Source: Candidatus Hermodarchaeota archaeon (lineage in GTDB: Archaea > Asgardarchaeota > Lokiarchaeia > Sigyniarchaeales > SOKP01). From it: a stretch of DNA of 64,000 nt. Position numbers and translations under genes: made by a program. Below the pieces are notes generated by a model, which did no database searches, had not been told where the DNA came from, and was given only the letters and a program-made list of their open reading frames with translations. This document shows positions 58,360 through 64,000 of the stretch, piece after piece; positions within the stretch are counted from its first letter, which is position 1, and each line of letters opens with the position of its first letter. The stretch covers positions 17,815-81,814 of the forward strand of contig JBHLLG010000008.1 of NCBI GenBank assembly GCA_048885925.1. Direction: 5' to 3'.

Positions 58360-59778
58360 TTAAATGTTTTTTACATAAAAACTTCTTAATTCTTTTAGAA
58401 AAACGGGATCTCCTTTTTTAATCACTTTTTCTTTATTTTCAATTCCAATAATTACAGAACCTTTAGTACCAAATGTATCTAAAACATTTGTAAATGGAGG
58501 TTTTAGTTTTTTTCCAACAATCTTTTTAGCACCACTAAAACTTTGTGCTAAACCTGTACATACGATTCCTTGAGGATGAGCTGGATTCTTAATAATCCCT
58601 TTCTTAATTTTATATTTATAAAACAGTGGAGGTTCTTTCCATATTTTTAATAACTCTGCTGAGCCTAAAATTCTTAAACTAGTTGGAGGTAGATCTAATC
58701 GGCTTAATAACATTGTCTTATTTCTTTTATTTATCAAAATTTTCTCCTTGAAAAAAATAACAGCTTTAAATCCTCTTTCTTTATTTGAAACTGTCGTTTG
58801 AATTCTTCTTTCATCAAAATCATAGTAAGGGTAAATTTTTCCAGTAGTAGTGAACATTCCAATCGTAATATGAATTTGAGTACCAAAACTAGTTTTTGGT
58901 TTGAATAATTTATTATTATTTACCTTTACTTCAATTATATCACAAAATTCAAAGGCATTAGGGTTGTTGGTAGCATAACAACCTCGAAAAATTTTTTTTA
59001 ATTCTATACCTTTTATATTAATCCCAACTCTATCTCCTGCTTTAGCAGAATCAACATTTTGGTGAAAAATTTGAATGCCCTTAACTCTACCAGATGTTTT
59101 TATAGGTAATATTTCTAAAGTTTGATTTGTATTTAATGTTCCATTTAAAATAGTACCTGTCAATATTACTCCTACACCTTTTATTGAGAAGTGGTGATCG
59201 ATAGGAATTATAATATCTCCTTTAGTATTTCTTTCAATCTTTAAAGATTTAATTGTTTCTAATATTCCATTTTTTAAATTTTCAAAACCAATTTTATTTT
59301 TTGCACTAACAGCAAAAATCGGTACATTCTGTCCAAAGGATGTTGAACTAAAAAACTCTCTTGTTTTCTGTATCTCATCCTCAATATTTCCAGAAAAGAG
59401 ATCAATTTTATTGAGAATTACAGTAATCTTATCAATATTAAGGGATTCAATCATAATAAGATGTTCTCCTGTTTGAACTTGAGGGCCTTTATTAATATCA
59501 ATGACTATTAAAGCACAATCGATAATTTCTACTGATGAAGCACTTATTTTAATTAGATCAGCATGACCCGGACCATCTACCAAAGTGATTAAATATTTGT
59601 CAAGAATAAAACTGGTAAAGCCTAAATCTATAGTTATTCCTCGTTCCTTGCTTTGCGGATGGGCATCAATTCCTGCCGTAGAAATTATTTCACTAAGCAC
59701 TTCTGCTATTGCTGTCTTCCCAGAGTCGATATGTCCGAATAATCCGATGTGTATAGGGATTCTCTTTTCAATTTCCAT
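58360..59778 (-). CDS. selB: selenocysteine-specific elongation factor SelB/eEFSec
   Basis: GHIDSGKT...ST...D.HPQS.ERGITIDLGF, LVDGPGH..LI, QTGEHL, NKID, IDHHF.IKG.G, SRLDLPP, FGTKG. Confidence 0.88.
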   Translation of the reverse strand: MEIEKRIPIHIGLFGHIDSGKTAIAEVLSEIISTAGIDAHPQSKERGITIDLGFTSFILDKYLITLVDGPGHADLIKISASSVEIIDCALIVIDINKGPQVQTGEHLIMIESLNIDKITVILNKIDLFSGNIEDEIQKTREFFSSTSFGQNVPIFAVSAKNKIGFENLKNGILETIKSLKIERNTKGDIIIPIDHHFSIKGVGVILTGTILNGTLNTNQTLEILPIKTSGRVKGIQIFHQNVDSAKAGDRVGINIKGIELKKIFRGCYATNNPNAFEFCDIIEVKVNNNKLFKPKTSFGTQIHITIGMFTTTGKIYPYYDFDERRIQTTVSNKERGFKAVIFFKEKILINKRNKTMLLSRLDLPPTSLRILGSAELLKIWKEPPLFYKYKIKKGIIKNPAHPQGIVCTGLAQSFSGAKKIVGKKLKPPFTNVLDTFGTKGSVIIGIENKEKVIKKGDPVFLKELRSFYVKNI

Positions 59779-59852
59779 CTTTAATTACTGTAAAAATGAA
59801 CTAAATTTATAGATTGCTATTCAATATAAAATAAGTAATCGTATTATGTTGA

Positions 59853-59872
59853 ATTTCAAAAATCGGACTCCT
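59853..59872 (+). repeat. 20-bp direct repeat, left copy
   Basis: ATTTCAAAAATCGGACTCCT, identical to 61205-61224. Confidence 0.9.
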
Positions 59873-59949
59873 TTACATTTAAATAGAATTCTAATTAAAT
59901 TTGACAAAATTTAAAATTATAATTATAAATCAGATTTTTTGATGTTTCG

Positions 59950-61134
59950 ATGAAGCAAATGCAAGAAGGAATACAAATGACAACTACAAAAATAAGATTC
60001 CTCTATTTGGACAAATTAAGGATCTTTTTGACGATTTTAGTGATTTTACACCATGCTACAATCGCATATGGTGGAAGTGGTGGTTGGGCAATAAGAGAAA
60101 TGCCGTCAGATTCCATCAGTCCCATCATATTTACCTTGTTTAATGCTATTAATCAATCATTCTTTATGTCCACCTTTTTTCTGCTGGCAGGGTATTTCAC
60201 TCCTCGATCCTATGAAGAAAAGGGACCACTCAAATTTCTCAAATATCGGTTGATCCGTTTAGGAATTCCTTTGATTTTGTTAATCCTTATAATCCGACCG
60301 ATTAATCTATATATCTTACTGAATTTTGCGGTAGATAGCTCGGAGAGTTGGTCTTTTCTGGAAGTTCTGCAATACCAATATACAAACTTTACTCTCAATT
60401 TCGGGCATCTTTGGTTTTTATTAGTTTTATTGATTTTTGCAGGAGTTTATGTAGTATTCCGAGTATTTACAGATCGATGTTTCCCACAAAAATCTATTCA
60501 TATATTTCGAGATAAACTTCCTCCTAGTAGGGTAATAATTCTCTCTATTGGTCTTCTATCATTTCTAAATTTCTTGGTTCGGCTATTTTTTCCGGTAGAT
60601 GAGTGGTACTTTTTTGTTCAATTCGCCCATATTATTCATTATACATTTTCCTTTTACTGTGGCGTATTAGCTTATAGGGGAGATTGGTTTAGCCGGATAT
60701 CTAGTTCACATGCCCGAAAGTGGGGGATCATATCTCTTATTATGATTATTCTTGCGCCGATCTTTTTATTGTTAGGAGGGGTGTTAGAAAATCGAAATTA
60801 TGACGTTTTTAAAGGAGGATTTACATGGCAATCTCTAACATATACCATCTGGGAATCAATTCTTTTGATAGGGATTCCAATCTGGCTTATATATATGTTT
60901 CGAGAACAAGTTACTCACCATGAGCGGGTAGTTAAAGCTTTAGGTGCTAATGTGTTTACAGTCTATATAATACACCAACCAATCCTTATTGCTTTCAATG
61001 TAGCTTTCTTATCAATAGCCATCCCAACTGTATTGAAATTTATTCTTGTCTCTCTAATAACTGTTCCTCTTTGTTTCATTTTAAGTCATTTCTTCTTTCG
61101 CAAAATTTCTTATGCAAAACACGTCCTCGGCTAG
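59950..61134 (+). CDS. acyltransferase family 3 (OpgC/MdoC-like) membrane protein
   Basis: YLDKLR.FL..LVILHH, FFMS.FFLLAGYF, RLIRLGIP, GHLWFL, VYIIHQP. Confidence 0.9.
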   Translation: MKQMQEGIQMTTTKIRFLYLDKLRIFLTILVILHHATIAYGGSGGWAIREMPSDSISPIIFTLFNAINQSFFMSTFFLLAGYFTPRSYEEKGPLKFLKYRLIRLGIPLILLILIIRPINLYILLNFAVDSSESWSFLEVLQYQYTNFTLNFGHLWFLLVLLIFAGVYVVFRVFTDRCFPQKSIHIFRDKLPPSRVIILSIGLLSFLNFLVRLFFPVDEWYFFVQFAHIIHYTFSFYCGVLAYRGDWFSRISSSHARKWGIISLIMIILAPIFLLLGGVLENRNYDVFKGGFTWQSLTYTIWESILLIGIPIWLIYMFREQVTHHERVVKALGANVFTVYIIHQPILIAFNVAFLSIAIPTVLKFILVSLITVPLCFILSHFFFRKISYAKHVLG

Positions 61135-61204
61135 TATCAATTATATCTGAAAGATTTTATTTTATTTCATTTAATATAAATAAAAATTTTAAATAATTTA
61201 GGAG

Positions 61205-61224
61205 ATTTCAAAAATCGGACTCCT
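61205..61224 (+). repeat. 20-bp direct repeat, right copy, inside a hairpin (61195-61229)
   Basis: ATTTCAAAAATCGGACTCCT; perfect 10-bp inverted repeat AATTTAGGAG (61195-61204) / CTCCTAAATT (61220-61229). Confidence 0.9.
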
Positions 61225-61287
61225 AAATTTTAATTATATTTTTAATTTAAAATATCATATAATCATTATATTAATATATCGTCAAAT

Positions 61288-62172
61288 GTGGAGTTTATGC
61301 CGAAATTTTGTGTATATTGTGGAAATCCTGTAAAAGAATCGGATAAATATTGTATCATATGTGGTAAACCATTGATCACGAACATCACAAAACCAGAGAA
61401 GAAACCTGAAATCGAGCAACTAATAAGAAAGGAAGAAGCTAAAAAAGTTGATAAAGAAGTTGAAAAAGTAAAATCAGAAGAAGAACCAGGAAAGGAAACT
61501 TTTGAAGAGGAAGAGGAAGAAAAATACTTGATGAAATTTAAAAAACCAAAAGAAAAGAAAGATATAAAACCTCTTCCTGAAGATGTAAAAGAACAGATGG
61601 TTTATTATATTGAATTTAATGATATTCAACTAAATAAAGATCTACTTCTTGAGAAATTAAATGATCTTTCAAAATCTACGAAGGATGAAAGATATGAATA
61701 TGATCTAGATTTTAAAAAAGAAGTTAATATAAAATTAGAAGCAATTAAAACTCTAATAAGTGAATTGAAAGAAAGAGAAAATATAATTAAACAGAATTTA
61801 AAAGAACCATTTATAGTTCAAAGAATACAAGATGATATTGATGAAAAAATATTTCAGCTCAAAAATTTAACAAGGGAATATAAGTTACATAAAGTTGATA
61901 AAGAAACCTTTGAAAAATTGAGAGATAAATACAAAGAACAAAAAAGCGATTTTGAAGAAGAAAGAGAGAACCTTATAGAAGGAATGAAATTATGGATTCA
62001 AGAATTAAAATTAGAAAAAGCAGAATTATCAAGTGAAAGAAAACTAAATAAGGGTAGATATCATGCCAAAGAAATAACTGAAGATGAGTTTAATGAAAAA
62101 GATAAAGAATTTGACCTAAGATTGAAAAAAATTGACATTAAAATTGATACATTAGAAAAATTAACAAAATAA
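61288..62172 (+). CDS. zinc-ribbon plus CdvA-like coiled-coil protein
   Basis: FCVYCG...YCIICGKPL; long coiled-coil with Y.L.KVD.ETF..L...Y and RY..KEITEDEF. Confidence 0.65.
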   Translation: MEFMPKFCVYCGNPVKESDKYCIICGKPLITNITKPEKKPEIEQLIRKEEAKKVDKEVEKVKSEEEPGKETFEEEEEEKYLMKFKKPKEKKDIKPLPEDVKEQMVYYIEFNDIQLNKDLLLEKLNDLSKSTKDERYEYDLDFKKEVNIKLEAIKTLISELKERENIIKQNLKEPFIVQRIQDDIDEKIFQLKNLTREYKLHKVDKETFEKLRDKYKEQKSDFEEERENLIEGMKLWIQELKLEKAELSSERKLNKGRYHAKEITEDEFNEKDKEFDLRLKKIDIKIDTLEKLTK

Positions 62173-62223
62173 GATTAATAGTTAAAATATTTTTATTAAG
62201 TAATATTTATAATAACGATATTT

Positions 62224-62349
62224 ATGAGAAATAAATTAATTGCAGTTATAATTTTGCTTTTAGGCTTATCACTTTTAACTATAGGATTGATTGAAGGTCA
62301 ATTTAATTTAATCAATTTTATTTATGAGAAAATGGCAATCATTCCTTAA
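62224..62349 (+). CDS. small single-TM protein (41 aa)
   Basis: Manual translation MRNKLIAVIILLLGLSLLTIGLIEGQFNLINFIYEKMAIIP*; fills the gap and overlaps the next stop by 4 nt. Confidence 0.5.
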   Translation: MRNKLIAVIILLLGLSLLTIGLIEGQFNLINFIYEKMAIIP

Positions 62350-62681
62350 TCTTCCCATTTTCCTTTTTTAATTGCAATTGAATCATTTAAAAATCCCTTT
62401 TTTTGAAATATCTTTTCTTGGGACTTTCTGAACTTATTTGATTGATTATAATGTTTTTTACATAAATATATTTTATGTTGTGTGTTTTCAATAAATATTA
62501 AACCTGCTTTTTCTACATATCTTTTCCAAGAGTTTTCTGATAGAGATCGAATAGCAATTTCCTTACACTCTTTAATCGAACATTTTCTAGATTTAACCGA
62601 TCCGCCTAAATCACGACTATCTCTAAGTTCTTTCGGAAGTTTCATAATTAGATACTTGCTAAAAACTTTATTAGGATACAA
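62346..62681 (-). CDS. archaeal zinc-binding hypothetical protein (true start possibly ATG 62645)
   Basis: CSIKEC...AIRSLS...AGL...YLCKKHY pattern. Confidence 0.65.
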   Translation of the reverse strand: MYPNKVFSKYLIMKLPKELRDSRDLGGSVKSRKCSIKECKEIAIRSLSENSWKRYVEKAGLIFIENTQHKIYLCKKHYNQSNKFRKSQEKIFQKKGFLNDSIAIKKGKWED

Positions 62682-62717
62682 TATTATGATTTTTAAATAA
62701 TTATTCTCTTAAAATTT

Positions 62718-63440
62718 TTGCTAAAACTGATGAATATCTTAAACTTAATTTTTAACGAAGACTTCATAAAAAAAAAACTATTTCCTTGCGATTCACCTTT
62801 AAGAATTTCTATAAAGGATAGGTTTTTTACTAGTGCAGCAGTTCTTTTTTCAATCATTCCGTATGATAATAAACCATATGAATTAATATTAATTCATCGC
62901 TCAGAAAGAGGTTTGAGACATAGGGGTGAAATTTCTTTCCCAGGAGGAAAATTTGATTCCCGATTCGATAATTCTTTGGAGGATACAGCTTTAAGAGAAA
63001 CAGAAGAAGAAATTGGTGTACCTCGTGAAAAAATTAAAATTTTTGGATGTTTAGATGATTTTCCTACCATGACACAGTATATAATTACCCCTTTCTTAGG
63101 AATTATTGATAAAAATCAAGTTCTTGTAAAAGATGAGAGAGAAGTCCAAAGAATTCTTAAGATACCAGTTGATTTTTTTACCAGTAGAAAAAATTTTAAA
63201 GAACAAGCTATTGATATTGAAAAAAAAAAATTCCCCGTTTTTTATTTCAATTATTATGATAAAAATAATGGGCAAGAATATACCATTTGGGGAGCAACAG
63301 CATACATGATAACTAGTTTTATAGAAAAGGTTTATGAACTGAACATGTCCCAATTGGGATTAAAACGCTTTAAACTTGAAAAAATCAAACAAATTAAAGA
63401 ATACATTAAATATAGAAATCAAATCACTAGAAAATTCTAA
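62718..63440 (+). CDS. Nudix hydrolase, CoA pyrophosphatase family
   Basis: AAVL, HRS..GLRHRGEISFPGGK, TALRETEEEIG, IWGATA. Confidence 0.92.
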   Translation: MLKLMNILNLIFNEDFIKKKLFPCDSPLRISIKDRFFTSAAVLFSIIPYDNKPYELILIHRSERGLRHRGEISFPGGKFDSRFDNSLEDTALRETEEEIGVPREKIKIFGCLDDFPTMTQYIITPFLGIIDKNQVLVKDEREVQRILKIPVDFFTSRKNFKEQAIDIEKKKFPVFYFNYYDKNNGQEYTIWGATAYMITSFIEKVYELNMSQLGLKRFKLEKIKQIKEYIKYRNQITRKF

Positions 63441-63451
63441 AACTCTAAATA

Positions 63452-64000
63452 ATGAATTTTACAAATTTTATTTTCAGTAGAGACCTAATAGAAAATAAAT
63501 TAATGGATTTTAAATCACCAGATAGAATTTCTATGGAACACGAAAAGTTTGTAAATTCTGCAGTTTTTGTTCTAATAATTCCTTATAAAGTTAAACCATA
63601 TGACTTAATATTAATACGTCGTACGAAAAGAGAAAATGATAAACATTCAGGGGAAATTTCGTTCCCAGGAGGTAAATATGATCCTACCCTTGATTCGAGT
63701 TATTTAGACACAGCGAAAAGAGAATTAAAGGAAGAATTAGGAATTGAACTCTTGAATGAAAATATTTTAGGATGCATTGATGATCACTTAACGCCAAAAG
63801 GATTTATAATAACACCATTTGTTGCTTTTATACAACAAGACCAACAAATGATAAAGCAGGATGCAGAAGTAAAAAAGATATTAAAAATCCCTATTACATT
63901 TTTTATAAATAAAGAGAATTATAAAGAGAGAACTTATACGCTTAAAGGTGATACTGTTAGCGTTGGGAAATACAATTATAAATCACCTCAAAATGGTAAA
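63452..64000 (+). CDS. second CoA-pyrophosphatase-type Nudix hydrolase (partial, runs off the window end)
   Basis: Manual translation MNFTNFIFSRDLIENKL...SAVFVLIIP...RRTKRENDKHSGEISFPGGK...TAKRELKEELG. Confidence 0.9.
   Translation, partial: MNFTNFIFSRDLIENKLMDFKSPDRISMEHEKFVNSAVFVLIIPYKVKPYDLILIRRTKRENDKHSGEISFPGGKYDPTLDSSYLDTAKRELKEELGIELLNENILGCIDDHLTPKGFIITPFVAFIQQDQQMIKQDAEVKKILKIPITFFINKENYKERTYTLKGDTVSVGKYNYKSPQNGK

Noticed and set aside
59848-61229. Canonical integron attC/attI sites (GTTGAAT fits GTTRRRY at 59848)
   Set aside because: No matching RYYYAAC inverse core at the hairpin and no integron integrase in the window
748-63353. Many short ORF-track entries overlapping real genes (e.g. 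748-1014, 6499-6945, 8188-8496, 18473-18790, 38237-38560, 49395-49735, 55401-55676, 63096-63353)
   Set aside because: Antisense or off-frame shadows of well-supported genes with no recognisable motifs
1-64000. Selenoprotein (TGA read-through), prompted by the presence of selB
   Set aside because: The TGA-ending genes checked end at their expected family C-termini, and the only internal stop found is TAA
1-64000. CRISPR array, IS element, prophage or rRNA
   Set aside because: No regularly spaced repeats, transposase/integrase ORFs or long GC-rich structural RNA seen

Overview
Very AT-rich, gene-dense archaeal chromosome segment. Its gene content (ribophorin-I-like and DC2/OSTC-like OST subunits, two roadblock proteins, an eEFSec-like SelB, an insert-bearing Trm112, archaeal ribosomal proteins) points to an Asgard archaeon, most likely Lokiarchaeia; this placement is inferred. 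From left to right it holds: (1) a translocon/N-glycosylation neighbourhood (sec61beta, ribophorin I, trm112, tRNA-Gln, aglH, a giant M48 protease, a UbiA-family transferase); (2) a dpp/opp ABC transporter; (3) an RNA-modification and recombination cluster; (4) the uS19-uL15 ribosomal protein operon; (5) a putative B12-uptake pair split by an accessory redox block; (6) selB, a repeat-flanked acyltransferase, a CdvA-like protein and tandem Nudix genes. The main signals missing from the ORF track are a tRNA-Gln(UUG) with two non-canonical introns, uS14 and uS8 (possibly also uL15) apparently starting at ATA/ACG/ATT exactly 6 nt after a GGTGA Shine-Dalgarno, a 20-bp direct repeat bracketing the acyltransferase gene, an in-frame TAA in an Fe-S protein gene, and a DPM2-like small membrane protein. 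No CRISPR array, transposase, integrase or rRNA was seen. All family calls come from motif recognition by eye, not database searches.
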